Shown here in pieces: positions 10,356-19,511 of a DNA stretch of 64,000 bases (positions within the stretch are counted from its first letter, which is position 1; each line of letters opens with the position of its first letter). The notes beneath the pieces were generated by a model. That model had not been told where the DNA came from. It did no database searches and saw only the letters and a program-made list of their open reading frames with translations. The DNA lies in contig CBDHEC010000050.1 in NCBI GenBank assembly GCA_965261975.1, positions 11,107 through 75,106 on the forward strand, read 5' to 3'. Position numbers and translations under genes: made by a program. The DNA is from Alphaproteobacteria bacterium (lineage in GTDB: Bacteria > Pseudomonadota > Alphaproteobacteria > UBA6615).

Positions 10356-11771
10356 TTGGCCACCGGTCGCATCACGCCCGTCATCCTGTCCGGGGGCTCC
10401 GGCACGCGCCTGTGGCCGATGAGCCGCCGGGACTATCCCAAGCAGTTTCTGCCGCTCGCAGGCGACCAGACGATGCTCCAGGACACCGCGCTGCGTGTCT
10501 GCGTGCCCCAGAACTTCGCGCCCGTGCTCGTTGTGTGTAACGAAGAACACCGCTTCATGGTCGCCGAGCAGCTGCGCGGACTGGAACAGGAAGCGCAGGG
10601 AATCCTGCTGGAGCCGGTTGGTCGCAACACGGCACCCGCCCTGACCGCCGCCGCGCTTTGGCTGCTCGCCCGCGACCCCGACGCGATCATGCTGGTGCTG
10701 CCGTCGGACCATGTCGTGCAGAACGTGCCCGCGTTTCGCGAGGCCGCCTACACCGCCGCCGAGGCCGCCCAGGCCGGCTGGTTGGTGACGTTCGGCGTTG
10801 CGCCGCGTGCACCCGAAACCGGGTTTGGCTACATCGCGGCCGGGGGACCGGCCGATGGTATTGACGGCGTGCGCGACGTGGACGGCTTCGTCGAGAAACC
10901 GGACCTCGCAACCGCACAGGGCTTCGTTTCGGGCGGCAACCACTTCTGGAACAGCGGCATGTTCGTCTTTCGCGCCGACACGTTGGTTTCGGAAATCGAC
11001 CGTCTGACCCCCGAGACAGGAAACGCCTGCCGGGCCGCACTCGAGAACGGCACCGAGGACCTGGATTTCTTCCGCATGGACGCCGATGCGTTCGGTTCGG
11101 CGCCCGCGACCTCGATCGATTATGCGGTCATGGAGAAGACCGCGCGCGCAGCCGTGGTGCCGGTCGACATCGGTTGGTCCGATGTCGGGTCGTGGCGCGC
11201 GCTCTGGGAGATCGGCGCGAAGGACAATGCCGCCAACGTCGTGGAGGGCGATGTTGTGCAGGTCGGTTCGCGGGATTGCTACCTGCGCAGCGACGGCACC
11301 CTCGTCGCGGCCATCGGGCTGGAGGATTTCGTCGTCGTCGCCTCGACCGACGCGGTGCTGGTGGCCCCCAAGGACGAGGTGCAGCATGTCCGCGATATCG
11401 TCGAGTCACTCGGCAAGTCGGGGCGCAAGGAAGCCGTGACCTTCCCCGAGGTCTACCGACCCTGGGGCTGGTACAAGACCCTCAACACCGGGCCGGGATT
11501 TCACGTCAATCGCATCTCCCTGCATCCCGGCGGGCGCGTGAACCTGCGCCGCCACCGGCACGCTGCCCAGCATTGGATGATCGTCGACGGGACCGCCGAC
11601 GTGACCCTGGAGGGGGAAACCCATCAGCGCGAACCGGGGGAATCAATCTCGATTCCGGCCGGCGCGGCGCACGCGCTGGCCACCGCCGACAATCGCCCCC
11701 TGACCCTCATCGAGGTTCAGGCTGGCCCCAACGCCGGCAAGGACGAGTTCGAACGCCTGGAAAACGGCTGA
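10356..11771 (+). CDS. manC: Mannose-1-phosphate guanylyltransferase / mannose-6-phosphate isomerase
   Basis: ILSGGSGTRLWPMSR..PKQF, LEPVGRNTAPA, FVEKP, WNSGMF, SIDYAVMEK, WSDVGSW, then RPWG and a cupin domain. TTG start after GAGGGAG. Confidence 0.93.
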   Translation: MATGRITPVILSGGSGTRLWPMSRRDYPKQFLPLAGDQTMLQDTALRVCVPQNFAPVLVVCNEEHRFMVAEQLRGLEQEAQGILLEPVGRNTAPALTAAALWLLARDPDAIMLVLPSDHVVQNVPAFREAAYTAAEAAQAGWLVTFGVAPRAPETGFGYIAAGGPADGIDGVRDVDGFVEKPDLATAQGFVSGGNHFWNSGMFVFRADTLVSEIDRLTPETGNACRAALENGTEDLDFFRMDADAFGSAPATSIDYAVMEKTARAAVVPVDIGWSDVGSWRALWEIGAKDNAANVVEGDVVQVGSRDCYLRSDGTLVAAIGLEDFVVVASTDAVLVAPKDEVQHVRDIVESLGKSGRKEAVTFPEVYRPWGWYKTLNTGPGFHVNRISLHPGGRVNLRRHRHAAQHWMIVDGTADVTLEGETHQREPGESISIPAGAAHALATADNRPLTLIEVQAGPNAGKDEFERLENG

Positions 11772-11863
11772 ATACCGGGCGAAATACCCAAAAGCTTGCC
11801 GGGATCGCCCTGTACGCCTAACGTTCGGGTTGAAACGCACGATAACCCGACAAGGCAAGCACC

Positions 11864-13267
11864 ATGGCACCGTCCGACCGGACCCAATTTGCGCCCAATT
11901 CCGCAGCCGCGCGCGACATCGCGTATTACCTGCATCCCTTCACAAACCCGAAGGTGCATGAGGAAAACGGCCCGTTCATCGTCAACGAGGGCAAGGGCAT
12001 CTATGTCTATGACGACCAGGGCAAGGAATATATCGAGGGCATGGCCGGCCTGTGGTGCACCTCGCTCGGCTTCGGCGAGGAACGCCTCGCGAAGGTCGCC
12101 TACGAGCAGATGCTCCGCCTGCCCTACATCCAGGGCTTCACCCACCGCTCGAACGAGGTCGCCATCGATCTGGCCGAGAAGCTGGTCAAGATGGCGCCGG
12201 TGGAGATGGGCAAGGTTTTCTTCACCAACTCCGGCTCCGAGGCCAACGACACGCAAGTGAAGATCGTCTGGTACTACAACAATGCCCGCGGCAAGCCCGA
12301 GAAGAAGAAGATCATCGGCCGCCACAAGGCCTATCACGGCATCACGCTCGCCGCGTCGAGCCTCACCGGCGTCGAATATGCCCAGAAGGGCTTCGACGTA
12401 CCCCTCGACCGGTTCCTGCATGTCACCACCCCGCATTATTGGCGCGAGGGACAGGACGGCGAGAGCGAAGAGGATTTCGCAGGCCGGCTGGCCCAGGAGC
12501 TCGACGACCTGATCGTCAGCGAGGGCCCGGAAACGGTCGCCGCCTTCATCGCCGAGCCGGTGATGGGCGCCGGTGGGCTGATTCCGCCGCCCGCGACCTA
12601 TTTCGAGAAGATCCAGGCCGTGCTGAAGAAACATGATGTTCTGATGATCGCCGATGAGGTGATCACGGGCTTCATGCGGACCGGCAACATGTTTGCCTGC
12701 GAGACCTACAACATCAAACCGGACCTGATGTCGATCGCCAAGGCGCTGTCGTCGGCCTATCTGCCCATCGGCGCTGTCCTGATGACCGACGAGATCTATC
12801 AGGTGCTGCGCGACGGCAGCGACAAGTTCGGCATGTGGAACACCGGCTACACCTACTCCGGACACCCTGTTTCTGCCGCCGTGGCTCTCGAGACGCTGCG
12901 CATCTACGAGGAACGCGACACGCTGGGCCATGTGCGCTCGGTCATGGGCACCTTCCAGGAACAGATGCAGCAATTCGCCGATCACCCGCTGGTCGGCGAG
13001 GTGCGCGGTGTCGGCCTGTTCGCGGCGCTCGAGCTGACGCCGGACAAGGAAAACAAGGGCCTGTTCGACCCGGCGGCCAAGGTGGCACCCGGGATGATGG
13101 CACGGACCCAGGCCCATGGCCTGATTTCCCGCGCGCTGCCGTCCGACGGCATCGCCCTGTGCCCGCCGCTGATCATCACCGAGGATCAGATCGGCGTGTG
13201 CATGGAGCGGTTCTCAGCGGCGCTGGATGAAACCTGGGCCCATGTGCAGGCCGAGGGGCTCGTCTAA
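11864..13267 (+). CDS. Class III (omega-amine) aminotransferase
   Basis: EGMAGLWC, SGSEAND, YHG, FIAEPVMGAGG, IADEVITGFMRTG, PLP lysine in SIAKALSS, TYSGHP. Confidence 0.92.
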   Translation: MAPSDRTQFAPNSAAARDIAYYLHPFTNPKVHEENGPFIVNEGKGIYVYDDQGKEYIEGMAGLWCTSLGFGEERLAKVAYEQMLRLPYIQGFTHRSNEVAIDLAEKLVKMAPVEMGKVFFTNSGSEANDTQVKIVWYYNNARGKPEKKKIIGRHKAYHGITLAASSLTGVEYAQKGFDVPLDRFLHVTTPHYWREGQDGESEEDFAGRLAQELDDLIVSEGPETVAAFIAEPVMGAGGLIPPPATYFEKIQAVLKKHDVLMIADEVITGFMRTGNMFACETYNIKPDLMSIAKALSSAYLPIGAVLMTDEIYQVLRDGSDKFGMWNTGYTYSGHPVSAAVALETLRIYEERDTLGHVRSVMGTFQEQMQQFADHPLVGEVRGVGLFAALELTPDKENKGLFDPAAKVAPGMMARTQAHGLISRALPSDGIALCPPLIITEDQIGVCMERFSAALDETWAHVQAEGLV

Positions 13268-13300
13268 CAGGGCCAAATTGAAACAGAGGGAGCAGGAACA

Positions 13301-13717
13301 ATGAGTGAAGCAGTCGTATTGGAAGACGCGCCGGGCTACGAGGTTCGCCGCAAGGACGAGCCGCAATTCGTCGAGGGTCGCCGTAATTTCTTCGAGTACA
13401 TCGATCTCGGCACACAGGACGCGAGCGACGGCAAGATGCGGGTGCAGATCACCCGCGCGAAGCAGGGCCTCGTGAAACCAACCGGCTGGCATACGCATAT
13501 CTGCGAGGGTCAGTTCGTCTACATGCTCGAGGGCTATCTCGACCTGGCCTTCGCCGATGGGACGGTCCGGCTCGAAGCGGGAGATTCCATCTACATTCCC
13601 GGTGGCGTCCCTCACAACGAGACCGGCACCTCGGACATGTTCGATCTGATCGAAATCTCCATTCCGGCGAAAATGGATACCGAGCCGTGCGATCCCCCGG
13701 CGGGAATGCCCGCCTAG
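13301..13717 (+). CDS. Cupin domain protein
   Basis: GWHTH...Q motif 1 and PGGVPHNE motif 2; RBS present. Confidence 0.85.
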   Translation: MSEAVVLEDAPGYEVRRKDEPQFVEGRRNFFEYIDLGTQDASDGKMRVQITRAKQGLVKPTGWHTHICEGQFVYMLEGYLDLAFADGTVRLEAGDSIYIPGGVPHNETGTSDMFDLIEISIPAKMDTEPCDPPAGMPA

Positions 13718-13877
13718 CCTGGCTTTCGCACGTTCAAGCTGTCGCGAATGCTCGTCGCATATCTGACTGCGGCGAGCTGACGCGATGGAAAAATCCGGCC
13801 TGAATGCTATATTTACGGTGTTATTCGAGCGTCGGCGGCTTGCCCCACCGTCGAGACCGGCTGATGGACCCCGGCTG

Positions 13878-15089
13878 ATGGACTACGAGAAGCATTTTGC
13901 AAACAATCTGAACGGCCTGCGGGCCGAAGGCCGCTATCGCGAATTCGCGGATCTCGAGCGTACTTCGGGCGATTTTCCGCGCGCGGTCCGCTATGTGGAT
14001 GGCGGCACCCAGGACATCACGGTGTGGTGTGCCAACGACTATCTCGGCATGGGTCAGCACCCGGACGTTCTGGCGGCGATGCATGACGCGCTGGAGAAAT
14101 GCGGTGCGGGCGCCGGGGGCACGCGCAATATATCGGGCACCAACCATTACCACGTGCTGCTCGAGGAAGAGCTGGCCGACCTCCATGGCAAGGAAGCCGC
14201 CCTCCTGTTCACCTCGGGCTATGTGGCCAACTGGACGGCGCTGTCGACGCTGGCCTCGATGCTGCCGGAATGCCTCGTCGTTTCCGATGCGCTGAACCAC
14301 AATTCGATGATCGAGGGCATCCGCCACGGACGTTCGGAGAAAGCCATCTTCCGGCACAACGACGCCGCGCATCTGGATGAAATCCTTTCGGGCGTCGACC
14401 CGGACCGCGCCAAGCTTGTGGCGTTTGAATCCGTTTATTCCATGGATGGCGATATCGCGCCGATCGCGGACATCGTCGCGGTGGCCGAGAAACATAACGC
14501 GCTGACCTATCTCGATGAGGTCCACGCCGTGGGCATGTATGGGGAACACGGCGCAGGGGTCGCCGAACGCGACGGTCTGATGGACCGGATCGACGTCGTG
14601 CAGGGAACCCTCGGAAAGGCCTTCGGGAATGTCGGCGGCTACATCGCGGCGTCGGCGAACCTCATCGACTTCGTGCGCTCCAACGGCGCCGGCTTCATTT
14701 TCTCGACCTCGCTGCCCCCGCATGTCGCGGCAGGCGCGCGTGCGGCAATCCAGATCCTCAAGGCCGACAATTCACTCCGCGAACGCCACCAGGAACGGGC
14801 CGCAACCCTTAAACGCCGCCTGAGTGCCGCCGGGATGGAAGTCATGCCGTCGGTCAGCCATATCGTGCCCGTGTTCGTCGGCGATGCGGCGCTGTGCAAG
14901 ATCGCCAGCGATGAGCTGCTCGACCGCCACGGCATCTACGTGCAGCCGATCAACTACCCGACCGTGCCGCGCGGCACGGAACGCTTGCGCATCGCGCCGA
15001 CACCGCTGCATGACGACGACATGATGGATGCGCTGGTCGCGGCGTTCGAGGATGTCTGGACGCGGCTCAACCTGCGTTCGGCGGCCTGA
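13878..15089 (+). CDS. hemA: 5-aminolevulinate synthase
   Basis: MDYEKHF start, [73 protein letters not shown]. Confidence 0.97.
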   Translation: MDYEKHFANNLNGLRAEGRYREFADLERTSGDFPRAVRYVDGGTQDITVWCANDYLGMGQHPDVLAAMHDALEKCGAGAGGTRNISGTNHYHVLLEEELADLHGKEAALLFTSGYVANWTALSTLASMLPECLVVSDALNHNSMIEGIRHGRSEKAIFRHNDAAHLDEILSGVDPDRAKLVAFESVYSMDGDIAPIADIVAVAEKHNALTYLDEVHAVGMYGEHGAGVAERDGLMDRIDVVQGTLGKAFGNVGGYIAASANLIDFVRSNGAGFIFSTSLPPHVAAGARAAIQILKADNSLRERHQERAATLKRRLSAAGMEVMPSVSHIVPVFVGDAALCKIASDELLDRHGIYVQPINYPTVPRGTERLRIAPTPLHDDDMMDALVAAFEDVWTRLNLRSAA

Positions 15090-15096
15090 GCGGCAC

Positions 15097-15636
15097 ATGT
15101 ATCGCGACAAGACACTCATCCCAACCGAGGCGCTGCGACTTTGCATGCTCGGCACGCTGGCGGTCCAGCCACACACCTATGGTGAGCTGGCCCGCGAGGT
15201 GCGCGTCTTCGCGAGCCGTATCGTCGGCCCGTCGCTCGATGTGATGGGATTGTCGATCGAGGTCCTGCGTGCCGAAGGTCTGGTGCAACCCGCAACGGAA
15301 TTGCCCGATCCGGCCGATGAGGTCCTGGAACTCACCGACGCGGGCCGCGAAGAACTGCGAACGCTGATGATCTCGAACCTGCGCAGCCCCGTGGATGGCA
15401 ATTCCCAGCTCGTCTTTGCGCTGAAACTACGCTTCCTGCATCTGCTGTCGGACAGCGACGCGCAGGACCAGGTCGAACGGATGCGCGAGATCAGCGAAAC
15501 CGAACACGCACGCCTCGTCGATCTGAAACAGCGTTATGGCAGTGAACCGGGCCAATTCGATGCCTGGCTCGACCTGGAACTGACCCAGGTCGAGGATCGC
15601 CTGCGCTGGCTGGAAACCGTCGGCCCGTCCGACTGA
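15097..15636 (+). CDS. PadR-like winged-helix regulator
   Basis: MYRDKTLIPTEALRLCMLGTL; LELTDAGREEL is the typical PadR wing; helical C-terminus ending LRWLE; begins 7 bp after hemA. Confidence 0.7.
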   Translation: MYRDKTLIPTEALRLCMLGTLAVQPHTYGELAREVRVFASRIVGPSLDVMGLSIEVLRAEGLVQPATELPDPADEVLELTDAGREELRTLMISNLRSPVDGNSQLVFALKLRFLHLLSDSDAQDQVERMREISETEHARLVDLKQRYGSEPGQFDAWLDLELTQVEDRLRWLETVGPSD

Positions 15637-15642
15637 CGCCGG

Positions 15643-16197
15643 TTACTCGGCCGCGTCCGGCCAGGCACCCGCGGCCTTCAGTTCCTCAACCGCCTCCGGC
15701 GACCATTCGACACTCGGTGTATCACCCCCGACGATGGCCATGATCGTGCCGCGCGCTTCACCCTCGCGCGCGCTCACGCACTCGAACCGGCGCTGCATGC
15801 CCGGCGGGAATGACACCACGTCCTTCTCGCCCAGGATCACATGATCATCGCCTTCGTCGCCTTCCCACTCGAACTTCCAGGTGCCCTCGGTCACAACGAA
15901 GGTCTCGTTCGTGTCGTGGACATGCATCATCACCCCCTGGCCGGGGTCTGCGGTCACCCATCCCACGCCGAACCCGGCCTGGAGATGGGAGATTTTCGGC
16001 TTGGCCTCGTCCCCGATGGGGGAGAAGACCTCCTCGCCACCGGCCGGCTGTTCAAAGCCGAGCGCATTGCGGAATGTGCGGTAGTAGCCGTCGACCTTCT
16101 GGTCCGGCAAGCCGCCGTCGACCGCATCGATCTCATCGAAGCGCGCGACGCATTTGAGCACGTCTTCTTTTTTCGGCTTGTAGACAGGAATCGTCAT
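15643..16197 (-). CDS. Cupin domain protein (tandem paralog A)
   Basis: PGQGVMMHVHDTNETF and VSFPPGMQRRFEC; GGAGGAG RBS before MTIPVY. Confidence 0.85.
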   Translation of the reverse strand: MTIPVYKPKKEDVLKCVARFDEIDAVDGGLPDQKVDGYYRTFRNALGFEQPAGGEEVFSPIGDEAKPKISHLQAGFGVGWVTADPGQGVMMHVHDTNETFVVTEGTWKFEWEGDEGDDHVILGEKDVVSFPPGMQRRFECVSAREGEARGTIMAIVGGDTPSVEWSPEAVEELKAAGAWPDAAE

Positions 16198-16295
16198 CGG
16201 CTCGCTCTCCTCCGCGTTGAAATGCCCGAAGAGTATAACAATCACCGCGCGCGGTTTTGCTCTGGATCAATCGCAGACAGGCGTCTGCAGTCGAA

Positions 16296-16847
16296 CTATT
16301 CCGCCGCGTCGGGCCAGGTCCCGGCCGCCTTCAACCGCTCAACAGATTCCGGCGAAAACTCAGCGCCCGGCGTATCGCCGCCGATCACACCGAGAATCAT
16401 GCCCTGTTCCTTGCCATCACGGGCCGACTGGCATTCGAAGCGGCGCTGTATCCCCGGCGGGAAAGACACGATGTCCTGTTCTTCAAGGATGACATGGTCG
16501 TCACCCTGATCGCCTTCCCACTCGAACATCCAGGTCCCCTCCATGACCACGAAACTTTCGTTGGTGTCATGGGTGTGCATCATCACGCCCTGCCCGGGAC
16601 GCGCCGACACATAAGCCATGCCGAAGCCGGCCTGCAGATGGTCGATATGCGGCTTGGCGTCGTCGCCGATCGGCGAATAGGTCTCGCTGCCTTCGGGTTG
16701 CTGGAAACCCAGCACATTGCGGAAGTCACGGTGGTAACCTTCTACCGGTTGGTCGGGCAGGCCCTTGTCGGTCGCGTTCAGATCATCAAAACGCGCGACG
16801 CACTTCAGGACCTCTTCTTTTCTGGGTCGATAAACCTCAATCGGCAT
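16296..16847 (-). CDS. Cupin domain protein (tandem paralog B)
   Basis: PGQGVMMHTHDTNESF and VSFPPGIQRRFEC; colinear with paralog A end to end. Confidence 0.85.
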   Translation of the reverse strand: MPIEVYRPRKEEVLKCVARFDDLNATDKGLPDQPVEGYHRDFRNVLGFQQPEGSETYSPIGDDAKPHIDHLQAGFGMAYVSARPGQGVMMHTHDTNESFVVMEGTWMFEWEGDQGDDHVILEEQDIVSFPPGIQRRFECQSARDGKEQGMILGVIGGDTPGAEFSPESVERLKAAGTWPDAAE

Positions 16848-16875
16848 GGCTCTTGTCTCCTCCGTTTTTCGTCGC

Positions 16876-17664
16876 TCAGTACAAATGCTGACCGCCTGTA
16901 ATGAATATCTCGGTGCCGGTCACATATGAAAAATCCGGATTGCAGAGCTGGAACACCGCCGAGGCGACCTCGCCCGCGCCGCCCATCCGGTGCATGGGAA
17001 TGCGGTTCACAAGCGGCTCATATTCCTCGCCCACCATCTCGGTCTCGATCTCGCCCGGTGCGACGGCGTTTACCCGCACCCCCAACGCCGCAAACTCGAC
17101 CGCCATCTCCCGGGTCAGGGCCGACAACGCCGCCTTCGACGTCGAATAGGCCGAGCCGGCAAACGGGTGAATCGCATGCCCGGCAATCGAGGTAATGTTG
17201 ACGATCGACGCACCACCGTCCGGCCCGACCGGATCCGCGGCGCCCGTGTCGTCACTTTTCCCGGCCTTCGCCAATGCCGGTGCAAAGCCTCGCGCGAGGA
17301 CCAGCGGCGTGAAGAAATTGAGCTGGAACACCTCTCGCCAGTCATCGATCGGGCCGTTCAGGCAACCGAGCCGTTCCTGGAAATTCGTCTTCGGCGACAC
17401 CGCGGCGTTATTCACCAGCGCGTTCAGCGGCGTGTCGCCCAGCAACTCCAACGCCTCACCGATAAACCGCTCGACATCGGCCGGGTCGCTCAGGTCGGTC
17501 GGGATGTGTGACGTCCAGTTCGGGTCGCGCTCGCAATGGGCCGGCACCGGATCGCGAGAACATGTAATGATCTGCCACCCCTCGTCGGAGAAGCGCTTGA
17601 CGGTCGCGTGGCCGATGCCACGGCTGGCACCGGTCAGGATCAGGCTGCGTCGGCTGTCGGTCAT
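16876..17664 (-). CDS. SDR family oxidoreductase
   Basis: TGASRGIG, VNNAA, YSTSK catalytic motif, RVNAVAPG. Confidence 0.92.
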   Translation of the reverse strand: MTDSRRSLILTGASRGIGHATVKRFSDEGWQIITCSRDPVPAHCERDPNWTSHIPTDLSDPADVERFIGEALELLGDTPLNALVNNAAVSPKTNFQERLGCLNGPIDDWREVFQLNFFTPLVLARGFAPALAKAGKSDDTGAADPVGPDGGASIVNITSIAGHAIHPFAGSAYSTSKAALSALTREMAVEFAALGVRVNAVAPGEIETEMVGEEYEPLVNRIPMHRMGGAGEVASAVFQLCNPDFSYVTGTEIFITGGQHLY

Positions 17665-17715
17665 ACCCTTCTAGGTAATCCACCGGGGCGGCGATGGGAA
17701 GCCGTCAATCGAATG

Positions 17716-17976
17716 TCAGCTGTGGGGATGGTGTTCCACGAAGTGCCGCAAGACACCCACCAGTTTCGCCGTATGCGCGATGTTTCCGGCCGAACGAGCG
17801 GCTTTGATGTCGTCGATGATCATCCGCTCTATCCGCGCCTCGCCGTCCGGCGTGTGGCACAGATACTGCCCCATCTCCATGGCAATCATCTCCGGCACGT
17901 GCTCGTGTTCGGCAATTGCCGCGACCTCGCCTTCGGTCAATTCACACAAGGCCAAGCAATCTTCTCGGGTCAGCAT
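17716..17976 (-). CDS. Small hypothetical protein (86 aa)
   Basis: AGGAG RBS, fills the intergenic gap, protein-like composition (DCLALC..EVAAIAEHEHVPE). Confidence 0.75.
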   Translation of the reverse strand: MLTREDCLALCELTEGEVAAIAEHEHVPEMIAMEMGQYLCHTPDGEARIERMIIDDIKAARSAGNIAHTAKLVGVLRHFVEHHPHS

Positions 17977-18030
17977 TCCACTCTCCTGTCCGTGTCTCGC
18001 CGAGAATGACAGGATGCCGCCGGACGGAAA

Positions 18031-18044
18031 TTGGGCTGGATCAA
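18031..18044 (-). promoter_or_regulatory. Candidate FNR/FixK box
   Basis: TTGAT-CCAG-CCCAA on the minus strand matches TTGAT-N4-ATCAA at 8/10. A -41.5 centre puts CATTCT (18008-18003) at the -10 position. Confidence 0.45.
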
Positions 18045-18086
18045 TTGCCGCAGAAAAACGGCACAGGGATCAACATCGCGCGAAAA

Positions 18087-18668
18087 TCAGGGCTGCAGTC
18101 TGGTCTCGCGCCAACCATCGCCGACCCGGTCAAACAGCTGACGGTCATGCAGGCGGTCGGGACGGTCGGTCCAGAATTCGATGCGGGACGGCGCAAGCCG
18201 AAAGCCCGACCAATGCGGCGGACGCGGTACATCGCGACCTTCATATTCTTTCTCGAGACCGTGTACCCGATCTTCGAGAACCGCGCGGCTGTCGACCGGC
18301 GCGGACTGCTCCGACGCCCAGGCACCAATCTGGCTGCCGCGCGGCCGGCTCGCAAAATAGGCATCCGCCTCTTCATCACGCACCGGCACAGCAGGCCCGT
18401 CGATGCGCACCTGGCGTCGCAAAGACTTCCAGTGGAAACACAGCGACGCGTTGGGATTGCCCAGCAACTCAACGCCCTTGGTACTGTTGAAGTTCGTGTA
18501 GAAAACGAAGCCGTCGGGACCGTGTTCTTTCAGCAAGACCATCCGCGTGGATGGATGCCCGTCGGCGGACACGCTGGCCAGGGTCATCGCCTCGGGAAGG
18601 ACCGGCTCGGCGGCGACGGCCTCCCGGAACCATGCGTCAAACTGGGCGAACGGATCAGTCGTGGACAT
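18087..18668 (-). CDS. pdxH: Pyridoxamine 5'-phosphate oxidase
   Basis: DPFAQFDAWF, PSTRMVLLK, FYTN..S.KG, RQVRIDG, SRPRGSQIGAWASEQS, IEFW...RLHDR, C-terminal RLQP. Confidence 0.96.
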   Translation of the reverse strand: MSTTDPFAQFDAWFREAVAAEPVLPEAMTLASVSADGHPSTRMVLLKEHGPDGFVFYTNFNSTKGVELLGNPNASLCFHWKSLRRQVRIDGPAVPVRDEEADAYFASRPRGSQIGAWASEQSAPVDSRAVLEDRVHGLEKEYEGRDVPRPPHWSGFRLAPSRIEFWTDRPDRLHDRQLFDRVGDGWRETRLQP

Positions 18669-18725
18669 AACGAACACATGCCTTCATGGGAATTGGAACC
18701 ATGGGGCGCATCATATCGATGCCGG

Positions 18726-19511
18726 TCACTTTTCGAAAACCGCCTGAACCGCCGAGAGCCGCCCCGCGTCGAAATTTTCCCGCAAGTTGGCAATCATCAC
18801 CGGAAATTCGGGGCCCATGACATCGCGCAACGTCGGCCCGTCGACGCCTTTCGGCGGACGCGCCGCCGCAAGCCAGTCGCGCGCCGCGGCACTCTCGTCG
18901 TGAAAACACCGCGCCGTCCAGCCCGCATTGCATATGACGCGCTGCAGACTGTCGCCATCGACCAGATGACTCCGGGAGGGCTCACTGGCCCAGGGCACCG
19001 GATAGATGAGCGAATGCACCTCCGGGCCGGCCACGACATCATACAACGCCAGCACCCCGCCGGGCCGTGTCACACGCAGAAGCTCGCGATAGAGCATGTC
19101 CCGCTCGCCGATGTTCATCGCCACATGCTCTGTCCAGATCATGTCGAAACTGTTGTCGGCGAACGGCAGATCGAGCGCGTCGGCGGCACAAAACCGTGTG
19201 CTCTCCTCGTATCCGGCGTGGACGGACAGCTGCTGTGCGATCCGGCAAAAACCGGGAGTCAGATCGATTCCGGTGACGTCGACACCGAACTCTCCCGCCA
19301 GCAGGCGCGCCGGCCCGCCCAAACCGGAACCCAGATCGAGGACCGTCAGTCCCTCGCGAATTCCCGCGTGTCCCGCCAGCCTTCTGGAGGCCGCGGCACC
19401 TCCCACATGAAATTGGTCGAGAGCCGCAAGCCGGTCGATTTTATCCGGGTCGAGGTTCGCCAGCACGCGGTCGGCAACATCCGCACCGCCGTAATGATCG
19501 CCGCCGCTCAA
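18726..19511 (-). CDS. Class I SAM-dependent methyltransferase
   Basis: LDQFHVGG, VLDLGSGLGGPAR, GIDLT, LPFADNSFD, TRPGG. Confidence 0.9.
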   Translation of the reverse strand: MSGGDHYGGADVADRVLANLDPDKIDRLAALDQFHVGGAAASRRLAGHAGIREGLTVLDLGSGLGGPARLLAGEFGVDVTGIDLTPGFCRIAQQLSVHAGYEESTRFCAADALDLPFADNSFDMIWTEHVAMNIGERDMLYRELLRVTRPGGVLALYDVVAGPEVHSLIYPVPWASEPSRSHLVDGDSLQRVICNAGWTARCFHDESAAARDWLAAARPPKGVDGPTLRDVMGPEFPVMIANLRENFDAGRLSAVQAVFEK

